The position numbers and the translations under genes are program-made. Under the pieces are notes generated by a model. That model was not told where the DNA came from, did not search any database, and saw nothing but the letters and a program-made list of their open reading frames with translations. A stretch of 56,692 nucleotides of DNA from Rhabdochlamydiaceae bacterium (GTDB taxonomy: Bacteria > Chlamydiota > Chlamydiia > Chlamydiales > Rhabdochlamydiaceae), in the NCBI GenBank assembly GCA_027365315.1, contig DAHXNQ010000091.1, positions 1 through 56,692 of the forward strand, given 5' to 3'. Of this stretch, positions 17,228-25,999 are shown one piece after another. Within the stretch, counting starts at the first letter, position 1. The number at the start of each line of letters is the position of its first letter.

Positions 17228-18175
17228 TTATCTCTCTGCTGCCGCAGTAGCTGCGGCGTAGGCAGAGGCTACCGAGATGAATTTGTGCCACTTGCGCTGT
17301 CTGAGGCGCCAAGGTTTCCAGTTGGGCACCCAGATGGGAGGGGTGAGCACTCCTCCCGATAGCCAACCGGGGCGCCACATCCTCATGCGCTTGCGATTGT
17401 CGGCGATGATGAGATGGGGGATGTGTAGGTTGGAGGCGAGATGACCCAGGAAGGAGTCGTTGCCGATGAGGAAGGCCGACTCGCAGATAAAGGTGGCCAG
17501 CTCGGATAGAGAAGGGAAGGTGACAATAGCGATTTCATCTGGCACCAGTGGGCGCCAGCTGAGGAGTTCATCCTCGCGCAGCACTAGCACCGGTTGCCAA
17601 CCGCTAGCTAGCAGCTTCTCTGCCAGGAGGATAAACTTTTCGGCGGGCCAGTTTTTCAGGGGGCTGCCGCTGGTTGGGTGGATGACGATGCGTTTTTTGA
17701 AGGCGCGTGGTAAGGGGCTCTGTGGAAGGGTGAGGCCGTTGTCTTTGCTGACACCTCCTCTTCCCACCAGTGAGGCGACAGCGCGAGCGATGTTTTCCAC
17801 CATGCTGAGGGTGGGGCAGAAGATTCTATCGAGCGCATAGAGAGTGCCATGCTCTCTTTTTTTGTAGATGGGGTAGAAGATGGCTAAGGGGGGAATCTGT
17901 CCTTTGGCGCGTAGTTCGCGCAGGCGAGACATCAGGGCAGAGTTATCGTTCTGTGCCACGATGAGATCAAACGATGAGAGCAGTTCGGCCCAGTTGCCAC
18001 CGCGGGGAAGCGAGGCAAACCAATGGCCCGAAAACCAGTCGCTGAGTTCTTGGAATTTGGGTTGGAAGGTGACCACTTCGTAACCAGCTAGCTGTAACTG
18101 GTGCGAAGCCACCATCATCATCAAAGCGTCGCCAAGCCCCTGAGCGGGGATGACGGCAGCACGTTTTATCGCCAT
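17228..18175 (-). CDS. Glycosyltransferase family 9 (heptosyltransferase-like)
   Basis: AVIPAQGLGDALMM, IHPTSGSPLKNWPAEKF and FLIGNDSFLGHLA are GT9 hallmarks. The start is set to the ATG at 18175 (MAIKRAAV). Confidence 0.8.
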   Translation of the reverse strand: MAIKRAAVIPAQGLGDALMMMVASHQLQLAGYEVVTFQPKFQELSDWFSGHWFASLPRGGNWAELLSSFDLIVAQNDNSALMSRLRELRAKGQIPPLAIFYPIYKKREHGTLYALDRIFCPTLSMVENIARAVASLVGRGGVSKDNGLTLPQSPLPRAFKKRIVIHPTSGSPLKNWPAEKFILLAEKLLASGWQPVLVLREDELLSWRPLVPDEIAIVTFPSLSELATFICESAFLIGNDSFLGHLASNLHIPHLIIADNRKRMRMWRPGWLSGGVLTPPIWVPNWKPWRLRQRKWHKFISVASAYAAATAAAER

Positions 18176-18251
18176 GCGAACGAGAACCTTACAAGATAGA
18201 GCTTCCCCCCACATTTAAGGACGTGAGGGGAAGCTCTTGGTGCAAGTCAGG

Positions 18252-19865
18252 TTATCCTTTTCGCGGTTTTTTGGCTGCAGGCTGATCCTCTTCGGCCGCA
18301 TCTCCAATCAGCACTTCGGTCAGGAGAGTGGTGGCCGCTGCAGAGACAGCATATTTAAGGGCATTTTCAACAACTTCGCGAGGATCGACTATGCCGCTCT
18401 TCACCAGATCTTCCACCTTCTCGGTGAGGGCGTTGAAGCCGAAGGAGGGCTCCTGGAGCCGCACCTCTTCTAGCAAGACCGAGCTATCTTTGCCGGCGTT
18501 AGCTACGATCTGGCGGAAGGGGGCGTGGCAGGCGAGTCGCAGCGCGTCGGCGCCCAACTTCTCGCTTCCCTTGAGCTTCAGAGACTTCACAGCGTCGCTA
18601 GCGCGCAGGAGGGCGATGCCGCCACCTGTCACCACACCGCCGCGTGAGGCTGCTTTGGCCGAGTTGAGACTGTCCCCAAGCTTCTGCTTCTTCTCTTTCA
18701 CTTCTGGTTCGGTGCTGCCGCCGACGCGAATCACACCGACGCCGCCCAGCAGTTTGGCTCTGCGGGTCTCGAGATGTTCGCGGTCGTAGCTATTTTTGCT
18801 CTGCGCCATCTCGTGCGCCAGCTGCGCAGCACGCATCTGGATCGCTTCGGGCTCTCCGCCGCCGCCGATGAGGGTGCTCTTCTCTTTGTTGATCTGTAGA
18901 CGTTCCACACTACCGAGGGAGCTCATGTCGGTATCCTTCAGCAGGAGACCAGCCTTTTCGGAAATGAGAGTAGCGCCGGTGAGGATGGCGATATCCTGCA
19001 GCATCGCCTCGCGGCGATCGCCAAAACCAGGGGCCTTCACCGCTGCGATCTTGAGGGTGCCGCGTAGACGGTTGATCACCAGTGTCGAGAGAGCGTCGCC
19101 TTCGATGTCGTCGGCGATGATTAGAAGGGGAGTGCCTGTAGCGGCTACAGCTTGCAGAACCGGCAGAATCTCCTGGATGGAGGAGATCTTCTTGTCGGTC
19201 ACCAGAATCTTGCAGTTCTCTAACTCAACATTCATCGTGTCTGTATTGGTGCAGAAGTAGGCGCTGGCATAGCCGCGGTCAAACTGCATGCCCTGCACAA
19301 TGTCGATGGTGGTTTCGGTGGTTTTGCCCTCTTCGATGGTGATGACACCTTCTTTGCCCACCTTCTCGAATGCCTCGGCAATGAGGCTGCCCAGATCGGC
19401 GTTGCTCGATGCAGAGGCGATGCTGAGGATCTCCTCTTTGCCCTGTACAGGGTGGGAGGTTTCGGCCAGCTTAGCCAGCACTGTTTCCAGAGCAGCCTCC
19501 ATGCCGCGCTTCACCTCGATGGGGCTATGGCCAGCAGAGACCAGCTTCAGTCCCTGTCCCGCCAAAGAGCCGAGAAGTAGCAGGCTGGTGGTGGTGCCAT
19601 CACCACACTTCTCCTTCATCTTGCCCGACACCTCTTTAGCGATCATCACACCCATTTGGGCATACTGATCGGCTAGCTCCACCTCTTTGGCGATGCTGGC
19701 TCCGTCGCTGGTGATCGAGGGTGTTCCCCATGAGGCTTCCAGTCCAACGCCTCGTCCTTTGGGACCCAGCGTGACGGCCACCACCTGCGTGATCTCATCG
19801 AGTCCCTGGCGCAGTTTGGCGCGGGCCTCTTCGTCAAAAATCAGGTCCTTGGCTGCATCTGACAT
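18252..19865 (-). CDS. groEL: Chaperonin GroEL paralog (no groES partner, no GGM tail)
   Basis: 537 aa. VTLGPKGR and GDGTTT are present, and the C-terminus AAEEDQPAAKKPRKG replaces the GGM repeats. AGGAGG SD is present. Confidence 0.9.
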   Translation of the reverse strand: MSDAAKDLIFDEEARAKLRQGLDEITQVVAVTLGPKGRGVGLEASWGTPSITSDGASIAKEVELADQYAQMGVMIAKEVSGKMKEKCGDGTTTSLLLLGSLAGQGLKLVSAGHSPIEVKRGMEAALETVLAKLAETSHPVQGKEEILSIASASSNADLGSLIAEAFEKVGKEGVITIEEGKTTETTIDIVQGMQFDRGYASAYFCTNTDTMNVELENCKILVTDKKISSIQEILPVLQAVAATGTPLLIIADDIEGDALSTLVINRLRGTLKIAAVKAPGFGDRREAMLQDIAILTGATLISEKAGLLLKDTDMSSLGSVERLQINKEKSTLIGGGGEPEAIQMRAAQLAHEMAQSKNSYDREHLETRRAKLLGGVGVIRVGGSTEPEVKEKKQKLGDSLNSAKAASRGGVVTGGGIALLRASDAVKSLKLKGSEKLGADALRLACHAPFRQIVANAGKDSSVLLEEVRLQEPSFGFNALTEKVEDLVKSGIVDPREVVENALKYAVSAAATTLLTEVLIGDAAEEDQPAAKKPRKG

Positions 19866-19944
19866 AGCGCTATTCCTCCTAAGGAATCGAATGAATGGTA
19901 GAGGTGGATTTTAGCAAACGGCACCTTTGGTTGCCAGAAGTTCG

Positions 19945-20760
19945 CTATTCAATAAGTTTTTTGTATAGAGAGCTCTTTGATCGCTGCTGCAGCTGCGCCG
20001 CCGCCTTGATCGCCTCCATGTGGGCTAGTTGGAAGGTCGTCTCGAGATAGGCGACCAACTCGGCTCCTTCGTAGCGAGTCCATTCGTTCTCCTCGGCAGG
20101 GGGTGCGATCACAAGCACACACTCTCCCTTCACCTCGTCTCTCTGACTCAGCTGGCTAACCAGCTCGCTGGGGCTGCCACCCAACCACTCTTCAAAACTT
20201 TTTGTCAGCTCGCGCAGCAGCACCACCCGTCTCTCTGAAGCCAGCTCGGCTAGCTCCTTTAAGGTGGCGATTAGGCGGGTTGGGCTCTCGTAGACAATCG
20301 AGCTGCCGAGGTAAGAGAGCAGCTGCCATAGTGCTAAAGAACGTTCCTTACCGCTTTTGGGCAGAAAGCCGCAAAACTGAAATCTTTCTGTGGGGAGTCC
20401 TGAAAGACTGAGGGCTAAAATGGCAGCACTGGGACCGGGGATGCCGGTTACAGGAATGCCCTCGCGCCTGCAGCGCGCCACCAAAAGCTCGCCAGGGTCG
20501 CTGATGCAGGGAGTGCCAGCGTCGCTAACCAGGGCGATCTCTCTATCAGCCTTCAGGTCGGCGATCACCACATCCTCTGTGGAACGCTCGTTCCAGGAAT
20601 GAAAAGAGATCATTTTCTTTTTGATTCCTAGATGATGGAGCAGTGCACCGGTGCGGCGGGTATCTTCGCACAGCAGGTAGTCACAGCTGGAGAGCGCCTT
20701 GACCGCTCGCGGCGATAGGTCACCTAAATTTCCAATAGGAGTAGCAATCAGAGTTAACAT
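19945..20760 (-). CDS. rsmI: 16S rRNA (cytidine1402-2'-O)-methyltransferase
   Basis: LIATPIGNLGDLSPRA, LCEDTR and SDAGTPCISDPG are present. I chose the ATG at 20760 so the CDS does not overlap the tRNA. Confidence 0.85.
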   Translation of the reverse strand: MLTLIATPIGNLGDLSPRAVKALSSCDYLLCEDTRRTGALLHHLGIKKKMISFHSWNERSTEDVVIADLKADREIALVSDAGTPCISDPGELLVARCRREGIPVTGIPGPSAAILALSLSGLPTERFQFCGFLPKSGKERSLALWQLLSYLGSSIVYESPTRLIATLKELAELASERRVVLLRELTKSFEEWLGGSPSELVSQLSQRDEVKGECVLVIAPPAEENEWTRYEGAELVAYLETTFQLAHMEAIKAAAQLQQRSKSSLYKKLIE

Positions 20761-20766
20761 AAGAGA

Positions 20767-20838
20767 AGGTGGCACCCAGATTCGAACTGGGGAATGGAAG
20801 CTTTGCAGGCTTCTGCCTTACCACTTGGCCATGCCACC
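20767..20838 (-). tRNA. tRNA-Cys (GCA)
   Basis: I folded a 72-nt cloverleaf by hand. Acceptor GGTGGCA/TGCCACC, anticodon stem GAAGC/GCTTC with loop CTGCAAA, and T arm CCCAG-TTCGAAT-CTGGG. CCA is not encoded. Confidence 0.9.
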
Positions 20839-20894
20839 AGGGGAAGGATCAGAGAGGATTATCGGTGATTCCCGTCAATCAGGTCAACCCCTCC

Positions 20895-21374
20895 TTAAGG
20901 ACTGTCCCAACCTCGTTCGGAATAGATCTGGCCGCGTGCGATGCACCAGAGCGCTTCGGCCACATAGTCCACAGTATTGAGGGGCAGTCGATCTAGAGGA
21001 AAGAAGGTCAGTTCGGCACACTTGTCGGGCTCTTGGTTGACAATGGAGCCGCCATAGGTGGTGCACTCAAAGAAGAGATCCATATTCAGACGCGCTGTCT
21101 TGCGATGCATGATGTGGGCGAGACGTAGTTGTGAGGGAAGTAGCTCGATCCCTGCCTCCTCGTAGGCTTCGCGTATCATCCCGGCAGTGGCCGCTTCGCC
21201 ATTCTCTACATGACCGGAGACCAGGCCGTAATAGCCGTCGCAATAGGAGGTGTTTTGGCGCAGTCCTAGCAGCACTTGACTGTTGCGCCGCAGTACCAGA
21301 TAGGCGCAGATGTTGGTTCTTCCGCTATCTCGTTTGGCTATAGCAGGTGGGGAGAGATTGAGTGATGGTTCCAT
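20895..21374 (-). CDS. NUDIX hydrolase
   Basis: The Nudix box is GHVENGEAATAGMIREAYEEAGI. Confidence 0.85.
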   Translation of the reverse strand: MEPSLNLSPPAIAKRDSGRTNICAYLVLRRNSQVLLGLRQNTSYCDGYYGLVSGHVENGEAATAGMIREAYEEAGIELLPSQLRLAHIMHRKTARLNMDLFFECTTYGGSIVNQEPDKCAELTFFPLDRLPLNTVDYVAEALWCIARGQIYSERGWDSP

Positions 21375-21414
21375 GGTAGCGTCAGAATTATTGGTTCATG
21401 CATACATGTCCGTT

Positions 21415-22770
21415 ATGCGGACCGCTCACGAAATTGTACATCTGCTTGGCCTGCGCTGTCCAGACAACTGGGCGCAAAAGCAGCAGCCCATTCTGGGTTA
21501 TCGCGTCGACAGCCGACTGACGCAGCCCGGAGATCTTTTTTTTGCGCTTCCCGGCTGCAAAATGGATGGGCATCAGTTTCTCGCCGAGGCGGCGCGACAT
21601 GGCGCAGTTGCTGCTGTGGTGCGCAGCGACTATCGAGGATCCGATTTTGGCATGCTGCTGCTGCGGGTCGAGGATGTGCTGGCCTCGCTTCATCTGCTGG
21701 CCAAAAAAACGATAGAGAGCTCGTCCGCTTTTGTGGTGGGCATCACCGGATCGGTGGGCAAGACCACCACCAAGGAGATGTTGGCAGCGATTCTTTCGAC
21801 CCATTTTGTGGTAGGCAAAACTCCGGGCAACTGCAACTCGCAAACCTCGTTTCCACTGGCTCTACTCGAGCTGTCGGGAAGAGAGCAGATGCTGGTGCTG
21901 GAGATGGGGATGACAGAGGCGGGCGAGATTGCGCGTCTGGCGCAGATTGCACCGCCTCGCATGGCGCTGATCACGCGTATCGGCTTCGCTCATCTAGAAA
22001 ATTTCTCAGATGGTCTCGAAGGGGTGGCGCGCGCTAAAGCCGAGATCTTTGTTCGCGGTACCACCGAAGTGGCGCTGCTGGGGGGAGAGTGCTGGAACTA
22101 CTCCGCCATCCAAGAGAGCGTAGTGCCTGTTAAGAGGCATCTATCGCTCACGATGGCCGATGTAGACTATAGCTTCCGCCAGCTCTCTCCAAACCAGTTT
22201 CAGCTGGTCGAGGGGCGTACTCTTTCGCCGACATTCACCATCGATTTGCCGGCGCCCCACTTTTTGGAGAATGCTATTCTGGCGATTGCAGCTGCGCGCG
22301 AGCTTCATCTTTCGTGGGAGCATATCCAAGAGGGAATCAACCATTTTCCCCAGGGAGATCGCAGATTCGAGCTGACCGAGCACTTGGGCGCTATCTGGAT
22401 CAACGACTGCTACAACGCAAGCTACGATGCGATGATGGGAGCCCTTGCCGCATTGCAGATCAGAGAGCACCCAGGTAGAAAGATCGCCATTCTGGGCAAG
22501 ATGCCCGAGCTTGGCGTGGCGAGCCATTCTTGCCACCGCGCAGTAGGGGCGATGGCTGCCAATTTTGTGGACGAGCTGATTGCCTATGGCGAGGAGGCGC
22601 TGCCTCTCTGGGAGACCTTCTGCCAGCAGCAGGGTAGCGGCATCTTCTGCCGCGAGTGGGAGGAGCTGGTGCGCGAGACAAAAGAGAGAGTGCAGCCGGG
22701 CGACTTGGTGCTGCTGAAGGGGGCCAACTCGCTTGCCATGTGGCGACTGCTGACTGAGGCGCTCTCATGA
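21415..22770 (+). CDS. murF: UDP-MurNAc-tripeptide--D-alanyl-D-alanine ligase
   Basis: GITGSVGKTTTKEM and the Mur-ligase middle and C-terminal domains are present. The start is uncertain (ATG 21373, 21406 or 21415). The track start at 21310 overlaps the divergent NUDIX gene. Confidence 0.85.
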   Translation: MRTAHEIVHLLGLRCPDNWAQKQQPILGYRVDSRLTQPGDLFFALPGCKMDGHQFLAEAARHGAVAAVVRSDYRGSDFGMLLLRVEDVLASLHLLAKKTIESSSAFVVGITGSVGKTTTKEMLAAILSTHFVVGKTPGNCNSQTSFPLALLELSGREQMLVLEMGMTEAGEIARLAQIAPPRMALITRIGFAHLENFSDGLEGVARAKAEIFVRGTTEVALLGGECWNYSAIQESVVPVKRHLSLTMADVDYSFRQLSPNQFQLVEGRTLSPTFTIDLPAPHFLENAILAIAAARELHLSWEHIQEGINHFPQGDRRFELTEHLGAIWINDCYNASYDAMMGALAALQIREHPGRKIAILGKMPELGVASHSCHRAVGAMAANFVDELIAYGEEALPLWETFCQQQGSGIFCREWEELVRETKERVQPGDLVLLKGANSLAMWRLLTEALS

Positions 22771-23822
22771 GATGGTTATTTTCTGAACAGATGGCGCTTC
22801 CTCTTCTCGCCTGCATTAGCTTCTGTTCGTCAGCCCTTTTTGTGCTGCTTTTGGGGCCATTTTGCATCCGCTTTCTGCGCGCCAAAAAAATGGGACAGCC
22901 CATCAGACACGAAGAGAAGAGCCCACTGCTAGGTCAGCTCCACTCCATCAAGCAGGATACCCCCACCATGGGAGGCATTCTAATTTTAGCAGGGATGCTC
23001 TTTGCAGCTCTTCTCTGCATGGATCTCTCTTCACCAACTAGCTGGCTGCTTCTCTTTGTCACACTTTCTGTGGGTGCCATTGGCGCCTACGATGATGCCA
23101 TGAAGCTGATGCGTCGCCACAACTGCGGACTCTCTCCCAAGTTGAAGATGGGGCTGCTGCTGCTCATTGGAACCGTTGTCTTTACTGTGCTCTACTGGCC
23201 CTCCTCCTCGTTTGCCGTTTCAGCCGCTCGGTTCTATCTGCCCTGGAGCTTAGCGCCCCTTTTCACTCTGAAAGGGGTACTGTTGCTGCTGGTTCTTCCT
23301 TGGGTGCTCTTTGTCTTTTCGGGTAGTGCGAACGCGGTCAATCTCACCGATGGCTTAGACGGCCTTGCCGCCGCCAGCGTGGCTACCACAGCAGCGGTGC
23401 TTGCGCTCTTCGGTCTTTCAGTCGCCTTTTTGTTTCCGGGCGGTAGCGATGCGGCACTCTATCTGGCCGCCATGTCGGGTGCTGCAGCAGCCTTCCTCGT
23501 CTACAACCGCTACCCCGCTAAGCTCTTCATGGGAGACACAGGCTCTCTCACTCTAGGAGCAGTTCTGGCCACAGGCGCCCTCATCATGCGCTGCGAATTG
23601 CTCTTCGCCATTGCAGGTGCTCTTTTTGTCATCGAAACGCTTTCTGTGATGCTGCAGGTATGGTATTTCCGTCGCTCCGGAGGCAAACGAATTCTTCTCT
23701 GCGCGCCGCTGCACCACCACTTCGAATATATGGGCTGGAAGGAGACGAAGGTGGTGACGCGTCTATCGATCCTCTCCGGGATAGCGGCCCTTGCAGCAGT
23801 GGCCTGCTTCACCAGGAGGTGA
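22767..23822 (+). CDS. mraY: Phospho-N-acetylmuramoyl-pentapeptide transferase
   Basis: PTMGG, NAVNLTDGLDGLA, and a polytopic membrane protein ending HHHFE...GW. The start overlaps the murF stop. Confidence 0.9.
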   Translation: MRWLFSEQMALPLLACISFCSSALFVLLLGPFCIRFLRAKKMGQPIRHEEKSPLLGQLHSIKQDTPTMGGILILAGMLFAALLCMDLSSPTSWLLLFVTLSVGAIGAYDDAMKLMRRHNCGLSPKLKMGLLLLIGTVVFTVLYWPSSSFAVSAARFYLPWSLAPLFTLKGVLLLLVLPWVLFVFSGSANAVNLTDGLDGLAAASVATTAAVLALFGLSVAFLFPGGSDAALYLAAMSGAAAAFLVYNRYPAKLFMGDTGSLTLGAVLATGALIMRCELLFAIAGALFVIETLSVMLQVWYFRRSGGKRILLCAPLHHHFEYMGWKETKVVTRLSILSGIAALAAVACFTRR

Positions 23823-23824
23823 TC

Positions 23825-25114
23825 ATGTCTTCGATTCTGGTAATGGGAGTGGGAGCGAGTGGCGCTGCCGCTGCCAAGCTACTACGTCAGCGCGGCTATG
23901 GCGTCGCCCTATTTGACGATGGATGGGAACGGGGCGCCGGTCCCGACGCTACGGCACTACTGCAGATAGGCTGCCAGCAGCTCTTGCGACAAGAGGTGGA
24001 GGAGGGGAGATGGGAGACAGTTCTTCTCTCTCCCGGCGTGCCGCAGAGCCACCCTCTTGTCCGCCGCGCAGTCAATCGAGGTGCTACACTTCTTGGTGAA
24101 GCGCAGCTAGCGCTTGCTGGCTGCCAGCGGGTCTGCGTCGGCATCACCGGCACCAACGGCAAGACCACCGTCACAGCGCTTGTGGCGCATCTGCTATGCC
24201 ATGCAGGTCTGCGCGCCAAAGCGGTGGGTAATATTGGTCTGCCTCTTTGCGAGGCGATGCTTTCGCCTCATCTCGAAGAGATTCTAGTCATCGAGCTGAG
24301 CTCCTTTCAGCTGGAGCTGCTAGAAGAGCCGGTGCTGGCTGCCGCTGCGCTGCTGAACATCACACCCGACCATCTCGACCGCTACTCCTCGATGGAGGAG
24401 TATGCTCTGGCCAAGGCGCGCATTGCCAGATCGCTCAAACCAGCTGCACCGCTCTTCTGTTTCGAGGCAGTTCGAGAGCATTATGGGCATCTTCTTCCTG
24501 CAAATAGAGCTCACTACTACGGCTGGAACGCTCCTCATCAGATTGTGCCGGGCCGCTACAGCTTTGCAGGTCGCCCTGCCTACCGTCATGAAGAGGAGAA
24601 TATCATGGCTGCCTATCTACTCTGTCAGCAGCTCGGTCTCTCCGATCAGCTCTTTGCCAGCGGCCTAGCTAGCTTCAAGCTGCATCCACACCGCATGGAG
24701 CGGGTGGCGCTTCTTGCCGGCGTCGAATATATCGACGACAGCAAAGGAACCAACATCGATGCAGTCATCCGCGCCGTCACCAGTCTGCCCGGCCCTGTGG
24801 TATTGATTGCAGGTGGCCTCGACAAAGGGCTCTCCTTCACAGACTGGATCGAGCCGCTGACACCCAAGGTGAAGCGCATCATCCTGATGGGGCAGGCGGC
24901 CTCCAAGATGGCAGGTGAGCTACAGGGCCACTTCGCCATCGAACTAGCCTCCTCGATGGCCGATGCTGTCGAGCGCGCCAAACAGTGCACTCTTCCTGGC
25001 GATCAGGTACTGCTCTCGCCCGGCTGCGCCAGCTTCGACGCCTTCCGCGACTACGCCCACCGCGGCCGCACCTTCCAACAGTGCGTCCATTCTATGGGAT
25101 CGGTCAGTCTTTAA
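23825..25114 (+). CDS. murD: UDP-MurNAc-L-alanine--D-glutamate ligase
   Basis: VMGVGASGAAAAKLL and GITGTNGKTT are present. The start is set to the ATG at 23825, 2 nt after the mraY stop. Confidence 0.9.
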   Translation: MSSILVMGVGASGAAAAKLLRQRGYGVALFDDGWERGAGPDATALLQIGCQQLLRQEVEEGRWETVLLSPGVPQSHPLVRRAVNRGATLLGEAQLALAGCQRVCVGITGTNGKTTVTALVAHLLCHAGLRAKAVGNIGLPLCEAMLSPHLEEILVIELSSFQLELLEEPVLAAAALLNITPDHLDRYSSMEEYALAKARIARSLKPAAPLFCFEAVREHYGHLLPANRAHYYGWNAPHQIVPGRYSFAGRPAYRHEEENIMAAYLLCQQLGLSDQLFASGLASFKLHPHRMERVALLAGVEYIDDSKGTNIDAVIRAVTSLPGPVVLIAGGLDKGLSFTDWIEPLTPKVKRIILMGQAASKMAGELQGHFAIELASSMADAVERAKQCTLPGDQVLLSPGCASFDAFRDYAHRGRTFQQCVHSMGSVSL

Positions 25115-25222
25115 AAAAGGGGTCGAGAAGTTAAGGGTGGTTTGCTATAGAGCTAGTCGGCGCCGTGTCGATGTGCGGGGGCGCCTACCCTTTTAGGAGT
25201 CTTCCTCGGGACGGACAAACAG

Positions 25223-25999
25223 ATGAACCGTAAAGATACCATCCTCATCGCAGTGCTGCTGAATGCAGCTCTTCTGGTGGTGCTGTTTGCGACAGCGCTT
25301 AAGACCGATCCAGTTGAGGGGACCCTTGCCCTTGAGGCCAAACCAGAAGCTGCCAAAGTGGCGCCAGCTCCTGTGCGTCCCGCTCCAACAAAACCGGTTG
25401 CTGCAGTGCGGCCCGCGGCCAAGCCAGAACCGATGGCGGTGCAGCCGGCAGCGCCATCAAAAGAGATGGCCAAGGAAGCATCCAAAGAGGTGGTGGCAGC
25501 GGTAGTGAAAGAGACGCCTCAGCGCTCCGAAAGCAAGCCCACTCCAGAGCCCAAGAGTTCGCCACTGCTGCAAGAGCTCGCTCTACCTGCACGTCCTGTT
25601 GCAGCGCCTCCTCAGACCGCACCAGCAGCAGCCTCTTCTACCGCTGCCTTCATCGAGGTGCGGGTAAAGAAGGGAGATTCTCTTGAGAAAATTGCGAAGG
25701 CACATGGCTGCAAGGTGGATGAGCTGATGAAGATCAACCATCTCACCACAACCCGGCTGAATATCAACCAGCTGCTGAAGGTGCCCACCGGCCGCAAAAT
25801 CGAGGCCGAGAAGACAGCGCTGCCTGCACAGGTGCCCAGCAACCACCCAGAACATTATTACACCGTCAAGCCAGGGGACAGCCCCTGGACCATCGCTCAG
25901 AAGCATAACATCAATGTGGATGAGCTGCTGCGGCTGAACAACCTCGATCCAGAGAAGGCGCGTCAGCTGAAGCCAGGCGACCGCTTGCGCGTGAAGTGA
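25223..25999 (+). CDS. Membrane-anchored protein with two LysM domains (in the NlpD position)
   Basis: An N-terminal TM and a Pro/Ala-rich linker are followed by VKKGDSLEKIAKAHGCKVDELMKINHL and YTVKPGDSPWTIAQKHNINVDELLRLNNL. I see no HxxxD/HxH M23 motifs. Confidence 0.8.
   Translation: MNRKDTILIAVLLNAALLVVLFATALKTDPVEGTLALEAKPEAAKVAPAPVRPAPTKPVAAVRPAAKPEPMAVQPAAPSKEMAKEASKEVVAAVVKETPQRSESKPTPEPKSSPLLQELALPARPVAAPPQTAPAAASSTAAFIEVRVKKGDSLEKIAKAHGCKVDELMKINHLTTTRLNINQLLKVPTGRKIEAEKTALPAQVPSNHPEHYYTVKPGDSPWTIAQKHNINVDELLRLNNLDPEKARQLKPGDRLRVK

Noticed and set aside
18200-18235. The hairpin AGCTTCCCC-N18-GGGGAAGCT downstream of the groEL paralog, as a possible terminator.
   Set aside because: It has a large loop and no U-tract on the minus strand, so the evidence is not convincing.
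19911-19937. A CIRCE-like dyad (TTAGCAAAC-N9-GGTTGCCAG) upstream of the groEL paralog.
   Set aside because: Only about 6 of 9 positions are symmetric, and it is far from the consensus TTAGCACTC-N9-GAGTGCTAA. This is too weak to call an HrcA operator.
21372-21375. A CCATGG palindrome that gives both the NUDIX ATG (minus strand) and a possible murF ATG (plus strand).
   Set aside because: Divergent genes sharing start codons would leave no promoter space. A downstream murF start (around 21415) is more plausible.
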